Notes under the pieces: generated by a model | What the model saw: the letters and a program-made list of their open reading frames with translations, nothing else | Told to the model about the DNA's origin: nothing | Databases searched by the model: none | Translations under genes and position numbers: made by a program | Part shown: positions 47,917 through 57,230 of the stretch, piece by piece | How the letters are laid out: each line of letters starts with the position of its first letter | How positions within the stretch are numbered: the first letter of the stretch is position 1 | Origin: a virus | Strand: one strand, 5' to 3' | Virus record (IMG/VR): IMGVR_UViG_3300030060_007200 | Length of the DNA stretch: 64,000 nucleotides

Positions 47917-48426
47917 TTATTTTCCTCTTACTTTTTTAGCCAAGTCTTTATCTGCCTTACCCCAAGTACCAGGACTCTTTGTTGTAAATGAATTTACTCG
48001 AGCATATCCCCATTGTTGTTGAGTTGCACCAGGTCTATGTCCAGTTTTCCATGCAGCCATACCTCTGTTAAATACCTGCTTTAATATACCAAAAGGCATA
48101 CCTGATTTTTCAGCCTTCTTTTTAAGACCTTTTTTAACAGCAGCGCTCATTTCGTTAATACCTTTTGACATTTTATATACTTCTTTTATGGTTTTCCAAC
48201 CGGATTCACCATACATCTGCTTGAATTTTTTTGTATGTGTCGACACTTTTGTTTTCTCCCCTTTATCACTTCTAAAATCTTTATATGCATCAGGGTCATC
48301 GTCATCCATTTTACTTCTTTTTGCGATAACTCTTTCGCGTTCTTCTTTATCGTCTTTTGATAAACCTTTGAAATATGTAGGGTCTTTTTCTGGTGTTGCA
48401 GCTTCAGCTAATTTTTTTAATTTCAT
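47917..48426 (-). CDS. Basic protein with MKLKKLAE leader (DUF5824-like)
   Basis: LKKKAEKSG..RGMAAWKTGHRPGATQQQWGYARVNSF..ADKDL. Confidence 0.7.
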   Translation of the reverse strand: MKLKKLAEAATPEKDPTYFKGLSKDDKEERERVIAKRSKMDDDDPDAYKDFRSDKGEKTKVSTHTKKFKQMYGESGWKTIKEVYKMSKGINEMSAAVKKGLKKKAEKSGMPFGILKQVFNRGMAAWKTGHRPGATQQQWGYARVNSFTTKSPGTWGKADKDLAKKVRGK

Positions 48427-48893
48427 GAGTGTGCCTCGTGTATGTATCTTGTCTTACCATTAACTCGCTTTGCAATTGTTAATTTCTTTCTGTTTTCTCT
48501 ATGTGTCACATAGCTAACATGAATCCAGTTAGGATTTTTATCATCACCGAACTCCCAAATTAACTGGTCAAAATCTAAATTATCTTTTATGTAATGATAC
48601 ATCTCTGCATTTGTTTTATATCCAAAAGTATCATCTAAATCTAAAGCCTGTCCTTTCATATGTTGAGAATATTTTGAACCACCAATTGCAGTGTTAACTG
48701 GTTCGCCTCTGAAAAAGCTATTTATTTTTATAGGTCCGCCAACCCATTCTCTTAATGGCTCAAACAAACCTTCTGCTATTTCTTTCATGCATTTTATTTG
48801 GTCTTCATTTGGTGTGTTATCAAGACCTCTTCTTAATGCAGTGTTACTATGTGTACCTTCTTTCCAACTTACGTGTTTACTAAATCTTTCCAT
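48423..48893 (-). CDS. Peptidase M15 (peptidoglycan endopeptidase, probable endolysin)
   Basis: INSFFR, SQHMKGQALD and WIHVS. Confidence 0.88.
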   Translation of the reverse strand: MERFSKHVSWKEGTHSNTALRRGLDNTPNEDQIKCMKEIAEGLFEPLREWVGGPIKINSFFRGEPVNTAIGGSKYSQHMKGQALDLDDTFGYKTNAEMYHYIKDNLDFDQLIWEFGDDKNPNWIHVSYVTHRENRKKLTIAKRVNGKTRYIHEAHS

Positions 48894-49126
48894 TATTTCC
48901 CCTTAATTTTTTCAAATGCACTAATACCAAAACAGCCTAGTGTTACCATAACAAAAGAATTATATATCGTATCATTGATTTCTAGTTGACCACCTCCTAC
49001 ATATCCCATAAACCATATACCAGTAACCAAATCAGCCACTGCAAATAACACCATTACTGCAAAAGATACAAATCCAACTATATTCTTTTCATTGATATTA
49101 TTTTTATCTCTAAATATTTTCCACAT
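48893..49126 (-). CDS. Two-TM membrane protein (holin candidate)
   Basis: Two TM segments; directly upstream of the M15 peptidase. Confidence 0.55.
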   Translation of the reverse strand: MWKIFRDKNNINEKNIVGFVSFAVMVLFAVADLVTGIWFMGYVGGGQLEINDTIYNSFVMVTLGCFGISAFEKIKGK

Positions 49127-49485
49127 TAGAATCCCTCCATTATGATTTCATCTATTTTAGCCTGTACTTCTTTTTGTGTTGCTTCCATTGTCATCATAAT
49201 GTTGGCTTGAAACCTTGCAACTTCTTCTCCATCATTATATATTACAATTGTTGGTACTACTACAATTTTATACTTTGCTGCAGCCTTTTGGTCTGCTGCG
49301 ATATCTATAAATTTTGTATCACATTCTTTTAATTTACCTACCCAAGGTACTTTATTTTGAGCATTGAAACTTGCATTGAACTGTACGACACATAACCCAT
49401 CAGTCTTGCAGGGTGTCTGGCCTACAGCAGATGTAACAAATAACCAAAATAATATTACTAATAAATATGCTAGTTTTCTTTTCAT
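49126..49485 (-). CDS. Exported thioredoxin-fold protein lacking CxxC
   Basis: Signal SAVG|Q; VVQFNASFN in place of WCxxC; YKIVVVPTIVIYNDGEEVARF. Confidence 0.78.
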   Translation of the reverse strand: MKRKLAYLLVILFWLFVTSAVGQTPCKTDGLCVVQFNASFNAQNKVPWVGKLKECDTKFIDIAADQKAAAKYKIVVVPTIVIYNDGEEVARFQANIMMTMEATQKEVQAKIDEIIMEGF

Positions 49486-49784
49486 TTATCAAGCTCCTCA
49501 ATTTTTTCTAAAATATCATTGATATGTATTTTTATTGTATCGACCTCATACTGAGTCTGTTGAATGATTTGAAACATACTGTCTTGATATTGTATATCTT
49601 CTTGTGTAGGTATCCAGATTTCAGATTCTGGTTCTTTCTCGATTACTTTTATTTCTTCTTTTGGTGATGCAGAAATAACTCCTGCTACAACTATTCCACT
49701 AATAAAAACGGCTATCATTACCATTATAGAGCTTTTTGATGTTAAGCATATTTTTTTACAAAATATTTCGTTAAGTCTTTTCAT
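49482..49784 (-). CDS. Membrane-anchored coiled-coil protein
   Basis: TM segment followed by an acidic coiled coil. Confidence 0.6.
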   Translation of the reverse strand: MKRLNEIFCKKICLTSKSSIMVMIAVFISGIVVAGVISASPKEEIKVIEKEPESEIWIPTQEDIQYQDSMFQIIQQTQYEVDTIKIHINDILEKIEELDK

Positions 49785-50068
49785 TATCTTAATTTATCTA
49801 TCTTTTCTTCTAAACGCTTTATAGATTCTTTTAATTCTTTAACATCTTCTTGTGTAGTCATAATTGTCTGTCTAACTAATTGGTCTTTCATGTCAAATTC
49901 CATTCTAGTTATTTCTGCAGGTGGAGGTACAGGTAATTCTTTTGCCTCTTGTATATCTGCTTGAAGAGCGAACCACATACCTACAATAGTAAATATTAGT
50001 ACTGCTATACCTGCTAGCGTTTTTATACTGATATTAAAACTAGTTTCTTCGTTAAGTTGCTTCGCCAT
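49784..50068 (-). CDS. Single-TM coiled-coil protein
   Basis: TM segment, PVPPP linker and coiled coil. Confidence 0.65.
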   Translation of the reverse strand: MAKQLNEETSFNISIKTLAGIAVLIFTIVGMWFALQADIQEAKELPVPPPAEITRMEFDMKDQLVRQTIMTTQEDVKELKESIKRLEEKIDKLR

Positions 50069-50078
50069 TCTTATTCCC

Positions 50079-51134
50079 CTAAAATACTCTATAATTTATC
50101 CCAGCACTAAATCCGTGCCATGTTCTGTTCCAATATTTATTATATGTTCCTTCTACAAAAAGTCCTAAATTTTTACTTAACCAGTGTCCGAAAATAACAC
50201 CTCCTGAATAATCTATCCATTGGCCTCCATTAAAATTGTAATAACTAAATTCATTTTCATCATCACTGTAATGTAATGGCATTACGTTGCCCCAAGCATG
50301 TAGCCAACTAGATTTTGTATATTTGTAATAATCAAATCCTGCTACCCATGAATGTGTCCACTGAATAGGTAACTCATCTCTTTTCTTTTCTGTATAATTA
50401 GCCAGTGCTTGTGGTATTACAACTGCTTCCCATACTTCTGAACTTGTAGCTACTGAAATACCTGCAGGGTCAAAATATTCTGCACCACCTTGTCCATCAA
50501 ATTCTACTGTATACCCTTCTTGTAAAGCTAATTGAGTATAGTGTAGATTGCCTGTTGATAATTTCCATTCTTCTAATGGGTCATATCCATAAGGCTCTGA
50601 CATTCTTTGAGCTATACCAATATTAAGTGATATGCCTTTCCATTGTTTTCTTAGTCTTTGAGAAGATTCAAAATATTGTACATCAGCAAATCCATCTTTA
50701 AGATATTCAACCTTAGCAAGCCATTTATCATCAATATATCTTATCATATGATTAAGGTCAAAATATTCCTGACCTTGTTGTCTTTTATATTCATGTTGAA
50801 ATAAAAATTCAACCTCGTTTTTCCATAAACCTTCAGTAGCGCCATCACTAAACGAAGCCTCCAAACCTCTTTTGAAAGCCTCTTTTGGTTCATATCCAAA
50901 TCTTTTTATCTTTCTAACACCAAGTATAAGTGAGTAGTCATAAGGAGTTTTAATTGTAGATGTCTCCAAACCATTTGTAACGCTGTATACATCTACATCT
51001 GAAATAGAATTACCACCGTTTACGGCACCATAAAGAGTAGAATATTTGAAAAAGTCTTTAACTTGGCCGCAACATTCTTTTGGTGCAGCGCAAGATGCTA
51101 AAACAACTAATAATAAAAGCAATATTTTTTTCAT
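50079..51134 (-). CDS. Putative outer-membrane beta-barrel protein
   Basis: MKKILLLLLVVLASC signal/lipobox, aromatic-rich strands and C-terminal AGINYRVF. Confidence 0.7.
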   Translation of the reverse strand: MKKILLLLLVVLASCAAPKECCGQVKDFFKYSTLYGAVNGGNSISDVDVYSVTNGLETSTIKTPYDYSLILGVRKIKRFGYEPKEAFKRGLEASFSDGATEGLWKNEVEFLFQHEYKRQQGQEYFDLNHMIRYIDDKWLAKVEYLKDGFADVQYFESSQRLRKQWKGISLNIGIAQRMSEPYGYDPLEEWKLSTGNLHYTQLALQEGYTVEFDGQGGAEYFDPAGISVATSSEVWEAVVIPQALANYTEKKRDELPIQWTHSWVAGFDYYKYTKSSWLHAWGNVMPLHYSDDENEFSYYNFNGGQWIDYSGGVIFGHWLSKNLGLFVEGTYNKYWNRTWHGFSAGINYRVF

Positions 51135-51145
51135 AATTATTATCC

Positions 51146-51382
51146 CTATTTTGTCATTCTTTGTGTCCAATCTTTTAGCTTATCCTGCAGTTGTTTTTTA
51201 ATTCCAGGTCCTCTAAAAGTTCCGCCTATCTTCATTGCGTCTTTGATAAAGCTATTATATTCTTTGTTCCATTTTACTACCAAAGTTTTTTCAAAATCAT
51301 TTAATAATTTTGCTCGCTCTTTGTCTTCGCCTTTTGAGATTGTTCCGTCAGGATTAGCCTCAATAATTTTTTTTAATTTCAT
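51146..51382 (-). CDS. Small protein with MKLKKIIE leader
   Basis: Leader motif. Confidence 0.6.
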   Translation of the reverse strand: MKLKKIIEANPDGTISKGEDKERAKLLNDFEKTLVVKWNKEYNSFIKDAMKIGGTFRGPGIKKQLQDKLKDWTQRMTK

Positions 51383-54300
51383 TGTTTTATCACCCTTGTT
51401 GTAAATCTTTTGTTATTATATATAAGTATCAAGTTATATACACCATTACTGTAATTTGATAAATCTATTCTTTTAGATTTTTCTCTTGTCATTAACTTAC
51501 CTTGTAAATTGTATATTTCAACCTCCACATCCAATCTTGTATCTATATTTAATACATCGCCTGTTGGATTTGGATAAACCATAATTCCCATAGATGTTAT
51601 ATCTTCAACATTTGTTGGCCAACCTAATTGGCAATAATCATACATTGATATACATGATGCATCCCAATCTGTAGTACAGCAATAGTCGTCTACTGATATC
51701 ACCCAAGCATAACATCCATCATTTAACCAATAAGGTATACCAGGCCCTCCATAACATCCTGCATCGTATAAACATGCTGTAGAATCAGTTACATTTGCCA
51801 GTGGATTGTAATTATATGCCGCTACATCTGTACAACCTGAAACAATTTCGATACATGAATTATCATCAAAGCATGCTGCCGGGTCATAATTCAATGCTGT
51901 AGGGTCAGTACAACCTGAAATATAACAACATGTATTATCAGATGTGTTTGCCAATGGATTGTAGTTTAATGCTACTGGGTCGTTACATCCGTATACAAAA
52001 GGTTCACATGAACCGTTATCAACATTAGCCAATGGATTATAGTTCCACATTGTCGAATCTGTACAACCATAAATTGGTAAAATACAGCTAAAATCATCTG
52101 TGTTTGCAAGTGGGTCGTAATTTAATGCTGATGGGTCTGTACAACCGTAAACAATAGATTGACAAGTGCCATTATCTGTATTAGCTAATGGGTCATAATT
52201 AAATGCCGTTGAATCCATACATCCATATATAAACGGTATACAATTTCCTGATGATGTATTTGCTGTTGGGTCGTAGTTCCACATTGTATTATCCATACAT
52301 CCAATTATTACAGGAATACAACTACCATCATTTGTATTTGCTGTTACATCATAATTAAACATTGTTGGGTCTGTACAACCGTAAATATAAGGTATGCAAG
52401 AACCATCATCTGTGTTAGCTGTTAAACTATAATTATACATTGTTGAATCAGTACAGCCGTATACAATACCTACACATGTTCCGTCATCATCTGTAGCAGC
52501 AGGATTAAAGTTTATTGAAAGTGGATTTGTACAACCTGCAATTTCCAATTCATCGCAAACTCCATCACCATCTGTATCTAATATACAAGCTCCATAACAA
52601 TCATAATATTGAACTGGATATGTACAACCTCCATTATCTACATTTGCAATTGCGTCGTAATTACAAGCTGTTACATCTGTACAGCCTAAATAAATACAAG
52701 AACCATCATCTACATTTGCTAATGGATTGTAATTATATCCTATAGAATCCATACAGCCATTCACAATTGGAATACATGAATTATCATCTACTGTTGCTAA
52801 TGAATCATAATTAAGAGCAAATTCATTTGTACAGCCATATATAATAGGAATACAATTGCCATCATCAGTATTTGCCAGTGGGTCGTAATTTGCTGCTGTT
52901 GAATCCATACAGCCTAATATTACTGGTACACAAGTATTACCACAAAATGGAATACCTACATATTTTGTCCAGAAAGGAGATTCAAAAGATTGTAAAGCTC
53001 CTTGACCGTTATTAGCAAAAGGATTTTGTCCTTCATGCATTAAAACAAAGCCATCTGCATTTGTTAATTTGAATGAGTTATGCCAAGTTTGAAATTGAAC
53101 CTCTTGCGGTGGTTGTTGTGGTCCACCTACTTCAAAATAAAATACTTCAACTGGAATTCCTGGGTCTAAAATAATATTCCATGAACCACCATAATTACCA
53201 GGTCCCATTGTATATGTACCAATTATCAATCCGTTTTGATAAACTCCTATATAAGAATTACCCCAACCATCTCCTGCAGCATCGAATATTTCTAATAAAT
53301 AATTACAGTCAGGTATTAAATCCATCATTGTTGCTGCTGGGTCATAATTAAATGCAGCTGGGTCTGTACAGCCGTATGTATGTAATGTTGCACATGAACT
53401 GTCATCTACTGTCGCAGCAGGATTAAATTCTACGTAATCATCATCTGTACATCCTGGTATTGGAGGTATTATAGGACAAGGTGTTGCCATTTGCTGGCCT
53501 GAATACAATACGGAACCAAAACCTGGATTGTCCATATACCAAATTGTATCACCATCACAGTCGTATATAACAATAGCTCCATCCATCGAACCACCTGAAG
53601 TAGAGCCTGCCATACCGTCACCAAAATCATCGTTAACAATAAGTTCGAATCCTGCAGTTTGGTCTACACAGAAAGTATAAGTGTATGTTTGTCCGATATC
53701 GTTAAAATCATATGTTCCTACTGTAGCTTCATCAATAACTCCTAAACTATTCATTATCCACGATGTTTCTCCTGGCCAATTATCTAGTGTAATTTCCATT
53801 GTTATTTGATATTGAGTTGCAGTATCACAAGATGTACCTGCACAACTTCCATCATCATATGTAGCCCATGGGTTATATGATATTTGAGTAGGGTCTGTAC
53901 AACCTGATATACAAGAAGTAGGTGTGTAAGCTATTGTATCTGATAAACTACCATCTAAAAATTCTACCCAACCATAATGTTCTACTGACCAGTTAGGTGG
54001 CATCTGACCGTTACCTGCGTAAACTGCAAAGTCTAATGAGTTAGGACCAAGTCCATACTGAAAAGGACCTGCGCCATTTTCATTGGAATACCAGAATTTT
54101 ACAGGTGTACAATTTGTATTGCTATCAAGAGTCCAGTTAAAAAGTACAAGTGTTTGTCCACCTGGTAAGCAATTTTGTGATGCTGTAGAAGTTAAAAAAC
54201 CCTGACATGGGTCAAATTGACAAATGCTAGGGTCAGAAATATATGCTGTTGAGTCATAATTTAATGCTGAAGGGTCTGTACAACCTACTGTTGGTGGAGC

Positions 54301-54678
54301 ACAAGGAGCAGTTGTTAATGTTTCTACCAAACTATCTCCAAAATTACCTGCAGCATACATTAAAGTATCTTGGCATGAATTGCTAATTAAAAACCATCCA
54401 TCAGTCCCACCCCATTGAGATGCAGCTAATCCATCACCATAACTATCGTATATACTTGCAATAAAAGTACCTTGTATAGGAATGATAGTATCATATAATG
54501 TATTAGGTAACATACCACTATCATTTTGCAAAATAATTGGTGAGCCTCCTGGAGGTGTGATATCCCAACTTGTTTCAGAAGGATAATTGTCTGTTAATAA
54601 TTGTACGTGAATCCAACTGTCAATTTGTGAAAATACAACCGTTGGTATAACCATTAGTAAAAATACTAGTTTTTTCAT
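51379..54678 (-). CDS. T9SS type A sorting-domain protein with about 18 GC(T/M)D Cys repeats
   Basis: Signal VFS|Q; repeats GCTDxxAxNYDPxAxxDDGSC; C-terminal VYPNP..YNLQGK..IDLSNYSNGVY..RVIKQ. Confidence 0.9.
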   Translation of the reverse strand: MKKLVFLLMVIPTVVFSQIDSWIHVQLLTDNYPSETSWDITPPGGSPIILQNDSGMLPNTLYDTIIPIQGTFIASIYDSYGDGLAASQWGGTDGWFLISNSCQDTLMYAAGNFGDSLVETLTTAPCAPPTVGCTDPSALNYDSTAYISDPSICQFDPCQGFLTSTASQNCLPGGQTLVLFNWTLDSNTNCTPVKFWYSNENGAGPFQYGLGPNSLDFAVYAGNGQMPPNWSVEHYGWVEFLDGSLSDTIAYTPTSCISGCTDPTQISYNPWATYDDGSCAGTSCDTATQYQITMEITLDNWPGETSWIMNSLGVIDEATVGTYDFNDIGQTYTYTFCVDQTAGFELIVNDDFGDGMAGSTSGGSMDGAIVIYDCDGDTIWYMDNPGFGSVLYSGQQMATPCPIIPPIPGCTDDDYVEFNPAATVDDSSCATLHTYGCTDPAAFNYDPAATMMDLIPDCNYLLEIFDAAGDGWGNSYIGVYQNGLIIGTYTMGPGNYGGSWNIILDPGIPVEVFYFEVGGPQQPPQEVQFQTWHNSFKLTNADGFVLMHEGQNPFANNGQGALQSFESPFWTKYVGIPFCGNTCVPVILGCMDSTAANYDPLANTDDGNCIPIIYGCTNEFALNYDSLATVDDNSCIPIVNGCMDSIGYNYNPLANVDDGSCIYLGCTDVTACNYDAIANVDNGGCTYPVQYYDCYGACILDTDGDGVCDELEIAGCTNPLSINFNPAATDDDGTCVGIVYGCTDSTMYNYSLTANTDDGSCIPYIYGCTDPTMFNYDVTANTNDGSCIPVIIGCMDNTMWNYDPTANTSSGNCIPFIYGCMDSTAFNYDPLANTDNGTCQSIVYGCTDPSALNYDPLANTDDFSCILPIYGCTDSTMWNYNPLANVDNGSCEPFVYGCNDPVALNYNPLANTSDNTCCYISGCTDPTALNYDPAACFDDNSCIEIVSGCTDVAAYNYNPLANVTDSTACLYDAGCYGGPGIPYWLNDGCYAWVISVDDYCCTTDWDASCISMYDYCQLGWPTNVEDITSMGIMVYPNPTGDVLNIDTRLDVEVEIYNLQGKLMTREKSKRIDLSNYSNGVYNLILIYNNKRFTTRVIKQ

Positions 54679-54821
54679 ATTTCAAACCCCAAATTACATA
54701 TCATAAATCGAAATTTACCTTTTTCGACCTTTATTTCTAATACTGTAAAAGTACCAAGTCTAAATGTTAGACTGTACTTCTCTTTTTTATTTCCTGCGTC
54801 AAAGCCGTTAATCCAATTCAT
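54675..54821 (-). CDS. Small hypothetical protein (48 aa)
   Basis: Hand-translated MNWINGFDAGNKKEKY..RFMICNLGFEI; coupled to the T9SS gene start. Confidence 0.55.
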   Translation of the reverse strand: MNWINGFDAGNKKEKYSLTFRLGTFTVLEIKVEKGKFRFMICNLGFEI

Positions 54822-54823
54822 AA

Positions 54824-54967
54824 TTACTTCTTTTTTGTTTTTTTAACTTTTTTTGCTTTCTTTGTTTTTTTCACTGTGCAGTTTTCTTCTACACATTCTT
54901 CGCACCATCCGATACATACTTTACCAAATGTGATTGCGCATAATAATTTACAAATAAATGATTTCAT
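54824..54967 (-). CDS. Small Cys/Lys-rich protein
   Basis: MKSFICKLLCAITFGKVCIGWCEEC. Confidence 0.5.
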   Translation of the reverse strand: MKSFICKLLCAITFGKVCIGWCEECVEENCTVKKTKKAKKVKKTKKK

Positions 54968-54968
54968 T

Positions 54969-55358
54969 TTAATCTCCAAATACTTTTTTCTTGCCACCGT
55001 GGTATTCATAAGCATGACCTTCGGCTTTAAGTGTTTCGTTTATATTATATTGTTTACCGTCCTTATCCTGTATAAATATCTCACCTAAAACTCGGCCATA
55101 TTTTCCAACACCATGACTTTTTAATCTAAAGTAGCCAGCCTTGTCGCTGACCTCCATTAGTAATTCTTTATTACGAGCCTTAGCCTCCAAACCTTTTGCT
55201 TTTTCTGCCAAGTCTCTTGTTCTACTTTCCCAAGTATCTATGCCTGTATATCGAATTCTTTTCTTAACCCAAATATCAAAGCCAACATCTATAAGAGCAT
55301 CGATAGTATCTCCATCGACAACTCGTTCTAGCTTTCCTCTATAAATATATTTGTCCAT
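54969..55358 (-). CDS. Thermonuclease (SNase-like)
   Basis: RVVDGDTID, RIRYTGIDTWES and GKYGRVLG. Confidence 0.9.
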   Translation of the reverse strand: MDKYIYRGKLERVVDGDTIDALIDVGFDIWVKKRIRYTGIDTWESRTRDLAEKAKGLEAKARNKELLMEVSDKAGYFRLKSHGVGKYGRVLGEIFIQDKDGKQYNINETLKAEGHAYEYHGGKKKVFGD

Positions 55359-55585
55359 TACTTTATATTTTTCTTTAAGTAAGCAACGCAAAAATTTAAT
55401 AATTCTTTTCTTGCTGGAGCTATATCACCTTTTTCAGTCATAGGACCAGTTTTCCATTCAACCCATCCTTCTACTATAGTTTCTAAACCTTCTTCCATAC
55501 CAGGCATAAGCTCGATATATTCCTCGTTGATTTTTTCTTCGTTTATCTTTCTCAACCAAGCATGTGTGTTAAATTCTTTTGCCAT
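55358..55585 (-). CDS. Small protein with INE|EKINE|E leader
   Basis: Tandem INE motifs. Confidence 0.6.
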   Translation of the reverse strand: MAKEFNTHAWLRKINEEKINEEYIELMPGMEEGLETIVEGWVEWKTGPMTEKGDIAPARKELLNFCVAYLKKNIK

Positions 55586-56958
55586 TAGTATTGCTCCATT
55601 TTATCTAATTTAGCCATAAGTTTTTTGAACTCAGCTTTTTTCTTTTTATATTCTTTTTCTTTTTTATCTATTTCTTTACCATATCTAGTAGCTTTAGGGC
55701 CACCTTCTGGTTCTGCTTCCTGTTCCATGTCTATATGTAACTGTTTAAGATCGTTAGTTATCGTTTTCATATCATATTCAAGGTCCATGATAGTATCTTG
55801 TAGTTTCATTTTTGCATCGAAGTGTTTCCAAAGATTTGTTGCTTCGTTTACAGATTCTTTTGCCATCATGACAGCAAGTCCTAAGTCATCAATAATCTTT
55901 TTAGCATCATTAAAGTATTTTTTATCCAACTTCAGTGCTGTCAAAGTTGTAGATAATCTATTCATTGAATATCCTTTTATTTTAGCTTTATCCAATGCTT
56001 TTTGTAAGTCTGCAGGTTTGAAGTTTCCAGCAGTCTTTATACCAATCATACTTTCATTTAATTCGTTAACACCTTCGCCAAAATTCATAGCTCTTAATTG
56101 AAATTCAATAATTCCTTCAGCGCGCTTTCTGTTTTGTTTACCAACAAGCTTTGCGAATGCCAATTTGTCAAAAATTACCTTTGCTGCTTTTACAGGATTT
56201 AATCCTTCATTTAATTTGCCTTCTATAATAAAATCATCAAATCCTCCAATATGACTTGCAAGAGCCTGGCTGTGCATTAGTCTTCCTGTTTTTGGATTCT
56301 TCCAAGAATTTCCTGATATTTTTAAGAACGGTCCATAACCACCGCCTTTTGCTTTTGCACCTTTTTTAGCTTTTACCAAATCTTTTTCTACAGATTCGTT
56401 TACAGATTCATTCCTCATGTTGTATTCTACATCTTCAATCCAGTCAGCAACGTCAAACTTTTCATAATCTTTTACAAACTGTCCTGGTTTTTTTCTAGCA
56501 ATTTGCTCGATAGATTTTAGATAGTCTTTAACATATCTTTGGTCTAGTCTTCTGCCTTTTGTAGTTTGAAGTAGAGCCTCTTTGGCAAATTTGAAAACAT
56601 CTTTTGCCATGCTTTCATTTAATTCGCCTCTAACTATATTTTCTAAATGAAGTTCAGCATCTTTATCCAACTGTACAATCATTGAATTTAATAATTTTTG
56701 AGCTTGCTTTTTCTTTGCTGTTAATGCTGCAGCAACCTTTTTATATTTTTCCTTGTCAGAATCTGTAGTTGCGTCTTTGTAAGATTTTAGATTTTTTAAT
56801 AATTCAGCTGTAACTTTTGCCAACGCATCATATGCTTTTGAAACCTTTAACGGTGTCACTTTTGCTTCATCTAGGTCGTGTAAAATCTTTCGTTTTTCTT
56901 TTTCTGTAAGTTCAGAAAGCTCTTCACTCACTATTTTTTGAATATCAAGTTTACCCAT
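55585..56958 (-). CDS. Putative head-internal polyprotein with many [LIV]-x-E sites
   Basis: ELNE|S, RNE|SVNE|S, KLNE|G, GVNE|LNE|S and SVNE|A separate unrelated helical modules. Confidence 0.65.
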   Translation of the reverse strand: MGKLDIQKIVSEELSELTEKEKRKILHDLDEAKVTPLKVSKAYDALAKVTAELLKNLKSYKDATTDSDKEKYKKVAAALTAKKKQAQKLLNSMIVQLDKDAELHLENIVRGELNESMAKDVFKFAKEALLQTTKGRRLDQRYVKDYLKSIEQIARKKPGQFVKDYEKFDVADWIEDVEYNMRNESVNESVEKDLVKAKKGAKAKGGGYGPFLKISGNSWKNPKTGRLMHSQALASHIGGFDDFIIEGKLNEGLNPVKAAKVIFDKLAFAKLVGKQNRKRAEGIIEFQLRAMNFGEGVNELNESMIGIKTAGNFKPADLQKALDKAKIKGYSMNRLSTTLTALKLDKKYFNDAKKIIDDLGLAVMMAKESVNEATNLWKHFDAKMKLQDTIMDLEYDMKTITNDLKQLHIDMEQEAEPEGGPKATRYGKEIDKKEKEYKKKKAEFKKLMAKLDKMEQY

Positions 56959-57008
56959 CGGGATTTCTCCTTTTGTAACGTTAGTACTATTATGATATAA
57001 ATATCAAA

Positions 57009-57230
57009 CTATTTTATTAAAATGTCGTTGTTTTCAACCCAATAACGTCTGCCAGCATGCTGTACTGATATATTTTTCTTGGTTTTACAGCTGCATATTT
57101 TATCTAGTACTTTTACCTTGCTACCTTTATATAGCATTCCACTTTCTGTTTGAGTGTCCTTAACAACCGTTGCTGTTTTTCCTATAATTACCATATCATT
57201 TTTCGTGCTTATTATATCTGAAGCCTTCAC
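57009..57230 (-). CDS. Hypothetical SH3-like protein
   Basis: Intact ORF. Confidence 0.55.
   Translation of the reverse strand: MKASDIISTKNDMVIIGKTATVVKDTQTESGMLYKGSKVKVLDKICSCKTKKNISVQHAGRRYWVENNDILIK

Noticed and set aside
51780-52930. DNA repeats of about 80-bp period as a CRISPR array or DGR
   Set aside because: They are degenerate in-frame protein repeats (GCTD) with no identical repeats or spacers, and no cas or reverse transcriptase gene is in the window.
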